Shown piece after piece: positions 48,034 to 59,551 of a stretch of 64,000 nt of DNA (position 1 is its first letter; each line of letters begins with the position of its first letter). The position numbers and the translations under genes are program-made. The notes below the pieces were generated by a model that worked only from the letters and a program-made list of their open reading frames with translations, was not told the DNA's origin and did no database searches. Source of the stretch: Syntrophorhabdaceae bacterium (GTDB lineage Bacteria; Desulfobacterota; Syntrophorhabdia; Syntrophorhabdales; Syntrophorhabdaceae). The stretch lies in contig OY762209.1 in the NCBI GenBank assembly GCA_963665295.1, forward strand, positions 5,024,001 through 5,088,000, in the 5' to 3' direction.

Positions 48034-51000
48034 TTACGGCAGCGTGGTGCCGGCGACTACGTTGCTATACGCGCTGGAACCGTCGGCATTGTACGCGACA
48101 ACCCGGAACCAGTAGGTCTTGTTTTTCGATAACCCGGTGCTTGTGTAGGTGAATGTATTGGCTTTCGTTGTTCCCACCTGAGCGAATCCCGAGGTAGCGG
48201 AGGAACTGCTTCTCTGGATCTTGAAGCCCGTCTGATTGGTGGCGTTGTTGGTCCAGGAGATCGTAATGGAGTTGGACGTGGAGCTGACCCAGGTCAGGTT
48301 CGACGGGGCTATGGGCAGCTGACCCACGGTGGTGGCCGACGCGGTGCCGGACCATGCGGAATTCCCTATCCCGTTAAAGGCAAGCACCCTGTAATAGTAT
48401 TTGGTTTTGAGGACGACCGTGCTGTCCGTGTATGTCGTTACCCCTGCTCCCACGGTGAAAGTGGTGATACCTGCGGTGAAGCTGCTGTTCGTCGCCCTCT
48501 GAATGAGGAACCCTGTCTCGTTGGTGGAGTTGTCTTTCCAGGTCAGGACCATCGAAGGCGGGTTCACGCTTACCGCCGACGACTTGGCTGTCAGGCTCGA
48601 CGGGGCTGTCGGAGCGCCTGTTATCGGTCCCGGCACCGTCACGACCGCGGTGTTTGAAGCCGCTGAATTGCCTGCGGCGTTGTAACCGATGATGCGGTAC
48701 GTAAATTTGCTGGATGGTACGACCGTGGTGTCCACATAAGTCGTCACATTAGCACCGACCGTCCCTATGACCGCAAAGGCCTGACTTCCGGTGGACCGCT
48801 CTATCCTGAAGCCTATCTCGTTGCCGGCATTGCCCATGGAAGTAGCCGGAGGCGTGGGATCGGTCCAGGCGAGGCTGACCTGAGACCCTGACAACGACGC
48901 GGTGAGGCCCGTGGGCGCGGGAGGAATCGTTGCCGTATACTGCATCACAAGGGGACGCATCATATCATTTTCTTCATGACCCAGCAGGTGGCAATGCCAC
49001 ACATATTCCCAACCGAAGTTCGTGATCACGTTCGCCACAACGATGGGGAGATTGTTCGGGTCTACATTGGTAAAGGGACACGCCGTGGAGCCCACGGGGC
49101 ATGTCACGTCAAGAGGACGGGAGCTTTCGGGAATCCCGAAGGGAAGAGCAGGCGACGCGGCCTTGGCAGCCACTACGATGTCTTCCAGAGGGTTCATCCT
49201 GACCGTCTCCTTCCAGCCTAGTTCATTCGCGTCCGGAGGTCTTATCCCTCCATCCCAACCGACCCGGTTGATTACCTGTACGTTGACCAGGTGAAAATGG
49301 ACGGAATGGGTGTCAACACCGTTATGGGTGATCTTCCAGATCTGGGTTTCACCGTCCGCTACCATCTCGGTGGTAGGATCAATGTATCCGTATGGGATCG
49401 TGGTCTGGATCACCGCGGTGGTAAAGGGCAGTTCCACACCCAGGGTTGAATTCATCCTCCCGTACTCAACTTCGAAAAGCTCCTGTATGGCCTTGCTCTT
49501 CATCACCATGGTTACCGGTGTAGTCGAGCCGTAGGGGGTGAACGTCAGGGAGGTGTCCTGGATACGGGCATACGTGTCGGTTGGGGCGCTGTATGGCGCC
49601 GGATATGTCGTTTGAGGTATGACAGGCGGTGGCTGGGACGCCACATAGGCGGTCGTCAAAGCGGCGCTGTCAAGGGTGAATGGAGCGGGGGTGCCTGCTG
49701 CGACCCGGAACTGCATAACGGTCCGCGTATTCGGCCCATAACCCGCTGCCGTCGGCGGGGTGCCTCCCATCCAGGTGTTATCCGGACCACCCGTGTAATA
49801 GTCGAACCGCGGGTCAAAGGCCGGGACCGGCGCAGGTGCATCATTATAAAGAATGACCGTTTGCCCTGCAAAAGCCGAGAAATCTATGATTACGTCCGCC
49901 CGCTCGGCGGGACCCATGAAAAGGGTCTTGTTCGAAACGTTAAGAACTACGACGCTCCTCCGATTATACTCATAGTTTACCGGTTGGTTGGGAAGGATTG
50001 CCGGTTTAGACAGAAGGCCTCCTTCGCTGCCGATCTGGATCATCTGAGGGCCTGCTGTTGCAGGATCGGGCACGCCCCCGGCCCTCCCGTCCGTGGGCCA
50101 CGTCGAAGGGAAACATCCCGTGGGCGAGAATGAGGTGGTGCAGACGCAGTTCGTAACGACCGTCGCGGAACAGTTGGCCCGAGGGACCGCCTCCACCATC
50201 TTTATTTCCGAAGGATACCCGGAGGGTCCCACGGGGACTGTGGTGTCGGCGACATACAACTGCACATTGGGGTTACGGTCGTTGGACCCGTTCAGTATCC
50301 TGAACCGGTACGCCTGGGACTGCACATTGAGATAGGGGTACGCGGTACCGTTCACCACCATGGTGTCCATAAAACCTTCGGGTACGCCTGAAGGCTGCGG
50401 CAGCACGGGGTTGTTCACAGGGAACACGGGCCAGAACCAGGGGCCGTAATCCCATCTGCCGAAGTTATTGGAGCCGCTCAAATCCGGGTTGGAGGGCCAC
50501 TGGTTCGTCTCGTACACATGGGGCAACCAGAGTTCACCGTACGACCCCCAGGTCCAAAGGGAATCCTGGACCCCCACATCCTTGGGCACGAAGGACTTGT
50601 CCTGGATTATCAGAGGAATACCATAGCGGTACACGGCAGGCATGGAGGCGCCCGGGATCTTTCCGCTGCTGATCAATGCCTCCTCCTGAGGGTCCGTGAG
50701 CAGGTACCCTGCCACCTCGCCGGCATAGACGTTGAGGCGGGTCATGCCATAGGTATGGTCGTGGTACCACATGAGCCTGCTGCTCTGCTGGTTGGGAAGG
50801 TAAAGAGTGGCCTATACCGTCGGTCGAGGTGGGCTTCGGGATCAATGTCCCCGTGCCCGCCATGTCGGGCACATTCTGGAAACTCAGGCCCTTCGGATAA
50901 TGCTGTTTATCCCCCACAGGGGTAATCCACTGGTGGGGTGTGCCGTCGCTGATCCACGGGTTGAACCCCCCATGGAGATGGATGTTGGCCCGGTTCTGTG

Positions 51001-51571
51001 AGTAAAGACCTCCTGTGGCCCCGTCCGGCCCCATTCCTGCCCCCATATAGGTGGTATCCACAGGAAGAAAAAGGTTGCCCGCAAAGCCCAAGCCAAGACG
51101 GTTCTCGAATCTTATACGCACCGGTTTTCCGTTTCCCGCCACGCCCGCGGGCTTGGTGGGATCATATCGTTTCGCTACTATAAGAGGTCCGAGGTACTGG
51201 GATGTATGATCCGTTCCATTGATCTGGTAGTAACCCCTGAGCTTGGTGCCGGTTCCGAAGCCGTCGGCGGTTAAAGGCAGGTCGGAATGCATGCGCGCCC
51301 TGTAATCCTTGAGCCCGATTACATAGTAATCCGCGTCCGGATAGGTCGTGGTATCGGGAACCGCGACGGGGATATATTGACCCAGATTGTTTGCGTTGGT
51401 AGCCCCAAGTCCCGCAAGGCTGTCCACAAATTTTCTCATAGCCGTGCCGGAATCGCTTGTGGCGCCGCACACCCCTGCGGCGTTGCAGCATCTCCACACG
51501 CCCGCGGGGCTGTTGGCAAAAAATGTGCCGCCGCTCGGCGTCGCCGCCGCCTCCGGGGCCGGGTTGCCCAC
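48034..51571 (-). pseudogene. Multicopper oxidase with three FN3 domains (Geobacter OmpB-like), frameshifted near 50811
   Basis: HLHG motif in ORF 50534-51571; WYHDH, HSVHFH, HCHLLGHEENDMM and FN3 repeats in ORF 48034-50772; removing one base restores DGI-ATLYLPNQQSSRLMWYHDH. Confidence 0.8.
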
Positions 51572-51698
51572 CCGCGGACCTCCCCAATTTACAGGAAAGC
51601 AAGGTGAGTTTTCGCCGGCCGGGGGGTTCTCGCCGATGTATACATCCTTTCCGTCAAAGCGGAACCGGGAGGCGCGGACAGGACTTCTCCGGGGGCGG

Positions 51699-51728
51699 TT
51701 GCCCCTTTCCCCACAAAAATGGTATACT
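51699..51728 (+). promoter_or_regulatory. uvrA promoter (extended -10)
   Basis: TTGCCC-18 bp-TATACT with TG at -15/-14, 7 nt before GTG 51736. Confidence 0.7.
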
Positions 51729-51735
51729 CCTTGCA

Positions 51736-54540
51736 GTGAACAGGATTTTCGTCAAGGGCGCACGACAGCACAACCTCAAAAACATCGACGTTGAGCTTCC
51801 CAGGAATAAGATGGTGGTGATCACCGGACCGAGCGGTTCCGGCAAGTCCACTCTCGCCTTCGATACGATCTACGCGGAGGGACAGCGCCGTTACGTGGAA
51901 TCCCTCTCTTCCTATGCGAGGCAGTTCCTCGAACTTATGGACAAGCCCGATATGGATTATATCGAGGGTCTTTCCCCTGCCATCGCCATCGAACAGAAGA
52001 CGATCAGCAAGAACCCCCGGAGCACGGTAGGAACGGTAACCGAGATCTATGATTATCTGAGGCTCCTCTTTGCGAGGATCGGCCATGTCTTCTGCTACGG
52101 GTGCGGCAAGGAGATAAAGAGCCAGCATGCCCCCCAGATCGTGGACCGCATATCAGCCCTCCCCCAGGGGACCATGCTCACGATCCTCGCGCCCATCGTG
52201 CGGGGAAGAAAGGGCGAATACCGGAAGGAGATAGACGATCTAAGAAAACACGGCTTTTCCCGGATAAAGGTGGATGGGTCGGTCGCCGATCTTTCGGAAG
52301 AGATTGTTCTCGATAAGAACAAGAAACACGAGATCGATGTGATCGTAGACAGGGTGACCCTGAGGGAAGGGGTCGACAGACGGCTTTTCGAAGCAGTTGA
52401 GCTTGCCTTGCACAGGGCGGACGGCATCGTCAAGATCGAAACCCCGGAAGAGACCCTTGTGTTCAGCGAGAAGTTCGCCTGCCCCGATTGCTCCATCAGC
52501 TACCCGGAGATCGCCCCCCGTATCTTCTCCTTCAACAACCCTTACGGCGCGTGCCCCACCTGTCTCGGCCTCGGGGTAAAGGAATATTTCGATCCCGCCC
52601 TTATTGTCCCCAACCAGGACCTCTCCCTGAGAGAGGGAGCAGTGGTTCCATGGGGAGAAAAAAGCGCCGTCCATTTCATGCCCCTCCTGGAAGCCCTTGT
52701 GGGCAGGTACAAAATTGACATCAGACAACCTTTCAAGGACCTCCCCCAGGAAGTGCGGGACGTGATCCTTTACGGTTCCACGGAAGAACTCGAATTCTTC
52801 GCGGACAAGGGAGGAAGGAGACAGTTCGTCAAGAAAACCTTCGAAGGGGTAATAAAGGAGCTTCAAAAGGATTGGGAACGGGCCGACTTTTTCGAAAAGG
52901 CGAGGCTCGAACGGTTCATAAACCTTATCCCCTGCCCTTCCTGCAACGGCGCAAGACTGAAGAAGGAGATACTCTGGGTAAAGGTCAACGACCTCAACAT
53001 TGACGAAATATCGCGCATGACCATAGCGCGCTGCCTCGATTTCTTCACCGCCCTTCCCCTCACGGAAAAGGAGAGGGAAATCGCAAAGGCGATCCTCAAA
53101 GAGATTGTCTCCCGCCTCAAATTCCTCATGGACGTGGGACTGGACTACATTTCCCTGGGTCGGAACTCAGCCACCCTCTCTTCAGGGGAATCTCAGCGGA
53201 TACGTCTCGCCACGCAGATCGGCTCGGGCCTGACCGGAGTCCTCTACGTCCTCGACGAACCGAGCATAGGGCTTCACCAGAGGGACAACGAGAGGCTCCT
53301 CGGCACCCTATTCAAGTTGCGGGACCTGGATAACACGGTCATTGTGGTGGAGCACGACCACGACGCCATCGTCTCCTCCGACTACGTCATCGACCTGGGA
53401 CCGGGGGCCGGGGAAAACGGAGGCTACCTCGTGTTCCAGGGCACCCCTGAGGACCTTGCCCGCCATGAGACCTCCATCACGGGGATGTATATCTCCAGGA
53501 GACGAGAAATCAAGGTGCCTGACACCCGGAGGACGCCGACAGGATGCATCAGCATAAAGGGGGCGCGGTCCCACAACCTGAAGAATATCGATGTGGATAT
53601 CCCCCTCGGGGTTTTCACCTGCATTACAGGCGTTTCCGGTTCGGGGAAGAGCACCCTTGTGGTGGATACCCTTTTTCCCCTTCTTAAACAGAAACTTTAC
53701 AAGTCGAAGGAAAGGGCCGGGGACACAGACGGGATCGAAGGTTACCAGTGCATCGACCGCGTGATCGATATAGACCAGTCACCCATAGGCAGGACCCCCC
53801 GCTCCAACCCTGCTACCTATACGGGCATCTTCACCCCCATAAGGGAACTCTTCACGAGGCTCCCGGAGTCCCGTATGAGGGGATATAAGGAAGGGAGGTT
53901 CTCTTTCAACGTCAAGGGGGGGCGATGCGAGACGTGCGCCGGGGAAGGGTTCGTAAAGATAGAGATGCAGTTCCTCCCTGACGTTTACATCGTGTGCGAC
54001 GCCTGCAAGGGGAAGAGGTACAACAGGGATACCCTGGAGGTCACGTTCAAGGGAAAGAGCATTGCCGATGTGCTGGAGATGACCGTGACCCAGGCCATGG
54101 ACTTCTTCGACCCCATACCCGCGGTAAAAACGAAACTCCGGGTCCTGAATGAAGTGGGACTGGGTTACATCAAACTCGGTCAGGCGGCGACCACCCTTTC
54201 CGGCGGCGAAGCCCAGAGAATAAAACTCTCGAGGGAGCTTTCCAAAAAGGATACGGGTTCCACCCTCTATATACTCGATGAGCCCACCACGGGCCTCCAC
54301 TTCGCTGACATAGAGAAACTCCTCCATGTGCTCATGGAGCTCACGGACAGGGGGAATACGGTGGTGGTAATAGAACACAACCTCGATGTGATAAAATGTG
54401 CCGACCACCTCATTGATCTCGGCCCTGAAGGGGGAGACAAGGGTGGGACCGTACTCGTGACGGGGACACCGGAAACCGTCATGGCCATGGCAGAAAGTTA
54501 TACGGGTCTATTCCTGAAACGATATATAGGAGGCGCATGA
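51736..54540 (+). CDS. uvrA: Excinuclease ABC subunit A
   Basis: GARQHNLKN, GSGKSTLAFDTIYAEGQRRY, two ABC modules, zinc fingers; start at GTG 51736. Confidence 0.97.
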   Translation: MNRIFVKGARQHNLKNIDVELPRNKMVVITGPSGSGKSTLAFDTIYAEGQRRYVESLSSYARQFLELMDKPDMDYIEGLSPAIAIEQKTISKNPRSTVGTVTEIYDYLRLLFARIGHVFCYGCGKEIKSQHAPQIVDRISALPQGTMLTILAPIVRGRKGEYRKEIDDLRKHGFSRIKVDGSVADLSEEIVLDKNKKHEIDVIVDRVTLREGVDRRLFEAVELALHRADGIVKIETPEETLVFSEKFACPDCSISYPEIAPRIFSFNNPYGACPTCLGLGVKEYFDPALIVPNQDLSLREGAVVPWGEKSAVHFMPLLEALVGRYKIDIRQPFKDLPQEVRDVILYGSTEELEFFADKGGRRQFVKKTFEGVIKELQKDWERADFFEKARLERFINLIPCPSCNGARLKKEILWVKVNDLNIDEISRMTIARCLDFFTALPLTEKEREIAKAILKEIVSRLKFLMDVGLDYISLGRNSATLSSGESQRIRLATQIGSGLTGVLYVLDEPSIGLHQRDNERLLGTLFKLRDLDNTVIVVEHDHDAIVSSDYVIDLGPGAGENGGYLVFQGTPEDLARHETSITGMYISRRREIKVPDTRRTPTGCISIKGARSHNLKNIDVDIPLGVFTCITGVSGSGKSTLVVDTLFPLLKQKLYKSKERAGDTDGIEGYQCIDRVIDIDQSPIGRTPRSNPATYTGIFTPIRELFTRLPESRMRGYKEGRFSFNVKGGRCETCAGEGFVKIEMQFLPDVYIVCDACKGKRYNRDTLEVTFKGKSIADVLEMTVTQAMDFFDPIPAVKTKLRVLNEVGLGYIKLGQAATTLSGGEAQRIKLSRELSKKDTGSTLYILDEPTTGLHFADIEKLLHVLMELTDRGNTVVVIEHNLDVIKCADHLIDLGPEGGDKGGTVLVTGTPETVMAMAESYTGLFLKRYIGGA

Positions 54541-55265
54541 AAAAACTGGTCGTGATCCCTGCCCGCTTCGGTTCGACCCGGCTCCCGGGCAAACCTTTGA
54601 GACATATCCTCGATAAACCCCTCATCCAGTGGGTATACGAGAAGGCTGTCTCGTCTTCCGCGGACAAGGTAATTATCGCCACCGACGATGCGAGAATAGA
54701 AGATACGTGCCTTTCCTTCGGCGCCACGGTGGTCATGACCAGCCCGGACCTCCGGTCCGGCACGGACCGCGTTCATGAGGCCCTCACGGGGCTGGAAGGC
54801 GATTTCATCGTCAACCTCCAGGGGGACGAACCCTTCATCGAACCCCCCATGATCGACGCCCTTTTTACGCTTCTCGAAAAAGAGCGCCTCGACATGGCGA
54901 CCTTGTGCACACCCATATCCACGGACGAGTACGAGAACCCCAATATGGTAAAGGTGGTCCTCGACAAGGCCGGGTTCGCCCTTTATTTTTCCCGTTCACC
55001 CATACCCTTTCTCCGGGGGAAAAAGGTCCCCCTCTACGGTCACATAGGGATATACGGGTTTTCGAGGTCTTTCCTCGCCCGGTTTGTCGCCATGGGAAAG
55101 GGGGTCCTCGAAGAGGCGGAATCCCTGGAGCAGCTCCGTGTCCTCGAACACGGTCACAGGATCAGGGTGATCCCCGTTGACTATCACGGATTCGGTATAG
55201 ATACTGAAGAAGACCTCCAAAAGGCCGGGCGGGAGGTTCTGAAGATAAACGGGCCAAGCTATTGA
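54537..55265 (+). CDS. kdsB: 3-deoxy-manno-octulosonate cytidylyltransferase
   Basis: IPARFGSTRLPGKPL, SGTDR, VNLQGDEP, ALYFSRSPIP, HIGIY, ESLEQLR. Confidence 0.95.
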   Translation: MKKLVVIPARFGSTRLPGKPLRHILDKPLIQWVYEKAVSSSADKVIIATDDARIEDTCLSFGATVVMTSPDLRSGTDRVHEALTGLEGDFIVNLQGDEPFIEPPMIDALFTLLEKERLDMATLCTPISTDEYENPNMVKVVLDKAGFALYFSRSPIPFLRGKKVPLYGHIGIYGFSRSFLARFVAMGKGVLEEAESLEQLRVLEHGHRIRVIPVDYHGFGIDTEEDLQKAGREVLKINGPSY

Positions 55266-55329
55266 CAGGAAAGCAAAAATATAGTTTATTATTACCCTTT
55301 TGATACACACTTTAGGAGGTGATGTCGTT

Positions 55330-55614
55330 ATGATATGCGTAACATTGAAACCAGGAACCGAGTGCTTGTTTATGAAGAAGAGCGGGTGTTCCTACAGTGG
55401 CGGGAAGTGCTTCACAATCGTGGAAAGCTGCGAAGGCTGCACGAGGATAGTCGAATTCGAAACCGGAAAGTATTGCACAAGTTTTCCTTATCCGGCACAG
55501 AAATGGCAGAAGGGCAACTGCACCATGTCGTCTCATGTGAAGAAGACCAAAACAGTCGAAGAGCAGAAGATCAATCCGTTGAAAGCTTCGAAAAGAGCCG
55601 CCGGGAAGAAGTAG
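55330..55614 (+). CDS. PxxKW family cysteine-rich protein
   Basis: C.T...G.EC.FM...GC...GG.C..IVE.CEGC, P..KW..G.C, K.NPLKASKR; AGGAGG RBS. Confidence 0.8.
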   Translation: MICVTLKPGTECLFMKKSGCSYSGGKCFTIVESCEGCTRIVEFETGKYCTSFPYPAQKWQKGNCTMSSHVKKTKTVEEQKINPLKASKRAAGKK

Positions 55615-55832
55615 TTCATCTCCTCCCCGGGAGAGTGGTTATCTCTGAAAGGGCCTATCGTTCGACAATACCGACGTATGGGATTGAACAGAATTTGGTT
55701 GCGGCATAAATAGCCGCCTCCTGTCTCTCGGTTCACGTCCTAGGCCCTTCATCTCTTTTCAACGCTATTTTATGTTTGACTTTTGGTTGGAATCAATGGT
55801 AAATAAAGGACAAATTATCTGGAGGGTTGATT

Positions 55833-56105
55833 TTGAGGAAAAATAAATCGGCAGTAAAGAGAGCACGGCAGTCCGAAGAGAGAAGACTGAGAAATTCGCA
55901 TGTGAAGTCTACCATGAAAACATACATGAAGAAGATCGCGACGGTCATGGAGAACAAGGACAAGGAACATGTGGATGAGGCTTTCAAAACAGCCGTGTCC
56001 TTTATCAACCGGGCAGCTTCCAAGGGCGTTATCCACGCAAACAACGCATCAAGGAAAGTATCAAGACTCTCGAAAAAGGTTCATGCTTTTTTGAGCAAGG
56101 CCTAG
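55833..56105 (+). CDS. rpsT: 30S ribosomal protein S20
   Basis: KSA.KRARQ...RR.RN, KGVIH.NNASRK.SRL; TTG start after GGAGGG. Confidence 0.95.
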   Translation: MRKNKSAVKRARQSEERRLRNSHVKSTMKTYMKKIATVMENKDKEHVDEAFKTAVSFINRAASKGVIHANNASRKVSRLSKKVHAFLSKA

Positions 56106-56253
56106 TCGGCCCGCTTCCCAATCTTTAGACCCGGAGTTACCCTACAACAATAAAAGCATGTCTGTTTTTGCCCTCAATCCCCCACTTAAACGGGGGAATG
56201 AGACCGGCAGCGGCTTGTGCGGTCCGGACAGTGAACTACGCTGCCGGGCCTGC

Positions 56254-56772
56254 TCAGTAATCGATAAGCACGACGGCGGCAAATTTCCTCGCCATCCTCC
56301 CCGAGATGGTCTGAAAAGCAATCCTCTTGTTGTAATCTTCGGCCTGCACGTCATCGACCCTGTACGGCTCCGTATCGGTAAACATCCACCTTCTGATAAA
56401 TTCACCGTTTTTCTTGTATAGAGTGATGTCTACGTTTATGGTGGCCTGCTTTTCGATGACGACTCCCTGGGCATTCATGGACGAGGGGACAACGAGTATG
56501 CGTTGGATCGTGCCCTCAAGGTAGGCGTCAGCGCCCGGCTTGTTCAGCTGAAAAAGTCCGGTCGATATGAGTTCCTGCGAGAAGGCGTTGGTTACATAGA
56601 GAGATGCGTGGGGCTCGTAGGTGACGTTCTTGAATGCGCCGAGGGAGACGGACGAAATATCCCCGCCGAATATACCCTTCTCGGTGACCAGTTGATACCC
56701 GCAGGATGCCGTTATGGCGGCAACGACCATGGCCGCCATGAGGTGCACAATCCATCCGTTCTTTTTTGCCAT
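56254..56772 (-). CDS. lptE: LPS assembly lipoprotein LptE
   Basis: ASCGY lipobox, F.N.TYEP motif, directly downstream of leuS. Confidence 0.8.
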   Translation of the reverse strand: MAKKNGWIVHLMAAMVVAAITASCGYQLVTEKGIFGGDISSVSLGAFKNVTYEPHASLYVTNAFSQELISTGLFQLNKPGADAYLEGTIQRILVVPSSMNAQGVVIEKQATINVDITLYKKNGEFIRRWMFTDTEPYRVDDVQAEDYNKRIAFQTISGRMARKFAAVVLIDY

Positions 56773-56785
56773 ATCCCGACGCTCC

Positions 56786-59272
56786 CTATCCTGAGACCAC
56801 TATGTTGACGAGCTTGTTAGGCACCACAATCGTCTTTCTTACCGTTTTGCCTTCAATGAGGCGCTTCACTTTTTCAAGACCTCCCACGATCTCCTTGAGT
56901 TGCTCCTCTCCTATGTCGCGTTCCACTTCACACCCGTCCCGGAGCTTGCCGTTGATCTGGACCACAATCATCACCTTGTCCTCTTTTATGTAACTCTCGT
57001 TATACCCGGGCCATGAGGTCCCAAGGGCGCGGTCTTTTATGCCGATCATCTCCCAGAGTTCCTCCGTGATATGGGGGACAAAAGGGAAAAGCATGACAAT
57101 GATCGTTTCAATAACACCTTTCAAGAGAGGCCTTGCCTCCTGCTGGGTCCTCTCCGCCTCCAGAAACTTGTAGGTTGCGTTGACAAGCTCCATAATGCTC
57201 GCAATTGCGGTATTGAGGTGAAACCTTTCGATATTCTCCGTCACCTTCTTGATGGTTTGATGAAGTTTGTAAGTCAACTGGGCAAAGTCGGATTCAGAGG
57301 CCGACGCCTTCGGTACATAGATCGCATCGACGGCCTTCAATTCCTCCGTCCTCTCTTCCACGAGCCGCCAGACCCTCTGAAGGAACCTGAAAGAACCTTC
57401 CACCCCTTTGTCGCTCCAGTCCAGGTCTTTCTCCGGAGGAGAGGCGAAAAGACAGAAAAGCCTCGCCGTATCGGCTCCGTATTTCTCGATGAGATAATCC
57501 GGGTCGACCACGTTGCCCTTCGATTTGCTCATCTTCGATCCATCCTTGATTACCATGCCCTGGGTAAGAAGGTTCTTGAAAGGCTCCCTCTCTCCCACCA
57601 GGTCGAGATCGTTCAGGACCCGGTTAAAAAACCTCGAATAGAGGAGGTGGAGCACCGCGTGCTCGACCCCGCCGATGTATTGGTCTACAGGCATCCAGTA
57701 ATCGACGCGCTTCCGGTCGAGGGGGCCCTTGTCGTAATCAGGGCAGGAGTACCGGTTAAAGTACCATGACGATTCGACGAAGGTGTCCATGGTGTCCGTT
57801 TCCCTACGCCCCGGTTTGCCGCACCTGGGGCAGGTGGTCTCGTAAAAAGCCGCGTATTCGGCAAGAGGAGACCTGCCGACCACCTTTACTTCCAGGTCAA
57901 GGGGCAGGACCACGGGGAGGTCCTCGTAAGGCACGGGCACTATGCCGCAGTCTTCGCAGTATATGATGGGGATAGGAGCGCCCCAGTATCTCTGCCTCGA
58001 TATACCCCAGTCTCTGAGCCGAAAGTTCACTTTCCCCCTGCCCATCCCCTTCTCTTCAAGATAGGCGATGATCCTGGGGATGGCTTCCCTGTTCTTCGTG
58101 CCGTCAAAGGGGCCCGAATTCGCGAGCACTCCTTCGTCCACGTATGCCTCGACCATATTCTTCGGATCGAGGGTCTTTCCGGGAGGCATGATGGTGGCGA
58201 TAACGGGTAGATCATACTCTCTGGCAAATTCATAATCTCTTTGGTCATGGGCGGGGACCGCCATGATGGCGCCTGTCCCGTACTCCATAAGCACGAAATT
58301 CCCTATATATATGGGGACCTTTGTCCCTGTCAGGGGATTGGTCACGTATCTTCCCGTAAAAACACCCTCTTTCTTCATCTCGGCTTCCGCCCTGAAACCT
58401 CTGTCCCGGGCCTTTGCCTTTTCCACGAAGGCACGGACCTCTTCCTCGTGGGGCGTGCCCTTCGCAAGGGCATAGGCAAGGGGGTGTTCGGGCGCAAGGA
58501 CCATGAACGTCACCCCGTAGAGCGTATCGGGTCTCGTGGTGAAGATGGTAAGGGCGCTTCCATCCTCCATGGGAAAATCGACTTCCACGCCGTAGCTCTT
58601 CCCGATCCAGTTCTTCTGCATGCTGAGGACCTTCTCGGGCCAACCCGGCATGTGGTCACAGTTCTCATAAAGCTCATCGGCGTATTTCGTGATGGCGAAG
58701 AACCACTGGGTAAGCTCCTTCTGCACAACCTCCTCACCGCACCTCCAACAGGCGCCGCTTTCCACCTGCTCGTTTGCAAGGACGGTCTGACACTTCACGC
58801 AGTAATTGACAGGTGAGCTTTTTCTGTACACAAGGCCGAGCTCGTACATCTTCAGGAATACCCATTGTTCCCACCGGTAATATTCCACATCGCACGTCGC
58901 GAACTCCCTTGTCCAGTCGTAGCTGAACCCGAGCCTCTTCAATTGCCTTCTCATGTAGTCTATATTGTCGCGGGTCCACGTTCCGGGGGCGATACCACGC
59001 TCTATGGCCGCATTCTCCGCGGGCATTCCAAAGGCATCCCATCCCATGGGGTGAAGGACGTTAAATCCCTGCATCCTCTTGTATCGGGCAATGACATCCC
59101 CTATGGAATAGTTCCTCACGTGACCCATATGTATTCTTCCCGAAGGATACGGAAACATTTCGAGGAGATAGTATTTTTCTTTTGATGTGTCCTCGGAAAC
59201 ATTGAACGACCCGTTCCGCTCCCAGGCAGATTGTCTCAGTTCCTCAATTGCATGTGGTTCATAAGGCTTCAT
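56786..59272 (-). CDS. leuS: Leucine--tRNA ligase
   Basis: [46 protein letters not shown]. Confidence 0.98.
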   Translation of the reverse strand: MKPYEPHAIEELRQSAWERNGSFNVSEDTSKEKYYLLEMFPYPSGRIHMGHVRNYSIGDVIARYKRMQGFNVLHPMGWDAFGMPAENAAIERGIAPGTWTRDNIDYMRRQLKRLGFSYDWTREFATCDVEYYRWEQWVFLKMYELGLVYRKSSPVNYCVKCQTVLANEQVESGACWRCGEEVVQKELTQWFFAITKYADELYENCDHMPGWPEKVLSMQKNWIGKSYGVEVDFPMEDGSALTIFTTRPDTLYGVTFMVLAPEHPLAYALAKGTPHEEEVRAFVEKAKARDRGFRAEAEMKKEGVFTGRYVTNPLTGTKVPIYIGNFVLMEYGTGAIMAVPAHDQRDYEFAREYDLPVIATIMPPGKTLDPKNMVEAYVDEGVLANSGPFDGTKNREAIPRIIAYLEEKGMGRGKVNFRLRDWGISRQRYWGAPIPIIYCEDCGIVPVPYEDLPVVLPLDLEVKVVGRSPLAEYAAFYETTCPRCGKPGRRETDTMDTFVESSWYFNRYSCPDYDKGPLDRKRVDYWMPVDQYIGGVEHAVLHLLYSRFFNRVLNDLDLVGEREPFKNLLTQGMVIKDGSKMSKSKGNVVDPDYLIEKYGADTARLFCLFASPPEKDLDWSDKGVEGSFRFLQRVWRLVEERTEELKAVDAIYVPKASASESDFAQLTYKLHQTIKKVTENIERFHLNTAIASIMELVNATYKFLEAERTQQEARPLLKGVIETIIVMLFPFVPHITEELWEMIGIKDRALGTSWPGYNESYIKEDKVMIVVQINGKLRDGCEVERDIGEEQLKEIVGGLEKVKRLIEGKTVRKTIVVPNKLVNIVVSG

Positions 59273-59302
59273 GGTAATTAACCCCTTTTGAAACTAGTTT
59301 AA

Positions 59303-59545
59303 TGGCAGTCGAAGGGCAGCCTCTGAAAGGCAGTTCAAAAACAGTTCGGAAGCAGTCTGAAGGCAGATAGAATCGGCAGCCCTCATGGACAGTCGTTAGT
59401 TCAAAAACACCTGTTCGTCTGCAAAAGCATACACCGAAAGGCAGTAGCGAGTCCATAGCCTCGCCGCTGCCTTTCGCTTCCCGCTACATGTTACCTGAAG
59501 GGCTGCCCCAGCATGTCTCCAGGCTACCTTCAGGCTAGCCCTCTA
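59303..59545. repeat. Degenerate GAAGGCAG-type short-unit repeat array with inverted copies
   Basis: About 8 (G)GCAG units in 59303-59395, hairpin CGAAAGGCAG..CTGCCTTTCG at ~59435-59476, CCTGAAGG..CCTTCAGG at ~59494-59534. Confidence 0.5.
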
Positions 59546-59551
59546 CCTGTC

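Noticed and set aside
51635..51646. GATGTATACATC palindrome as a LexA box or a member of the GTATAC regulon
   Set aside because: Only one GTATAC core, no match to LexA boxes I know, and ~50 bp upstream of the uvrA -35.
51457..51735. 93-aa N-terminal extension of UvrA
   Set aside because: Overlaps the opposite-strand oxidase gene and the promoter; homology starts at GTG 51736.
55649..55749. Possible ncRNA (9-bp terminal inverted repeat plus GCGGC hairpin) before rpsT
   Set aside because: No SRP, tRNA or other conserved motif; pairing too weak to call.
59273..59551. T-box riboswitch for leuS
   Set aside because: No GGTGGnACCGCG-like T-box or terminator/antiterminator pair on the minus strand.
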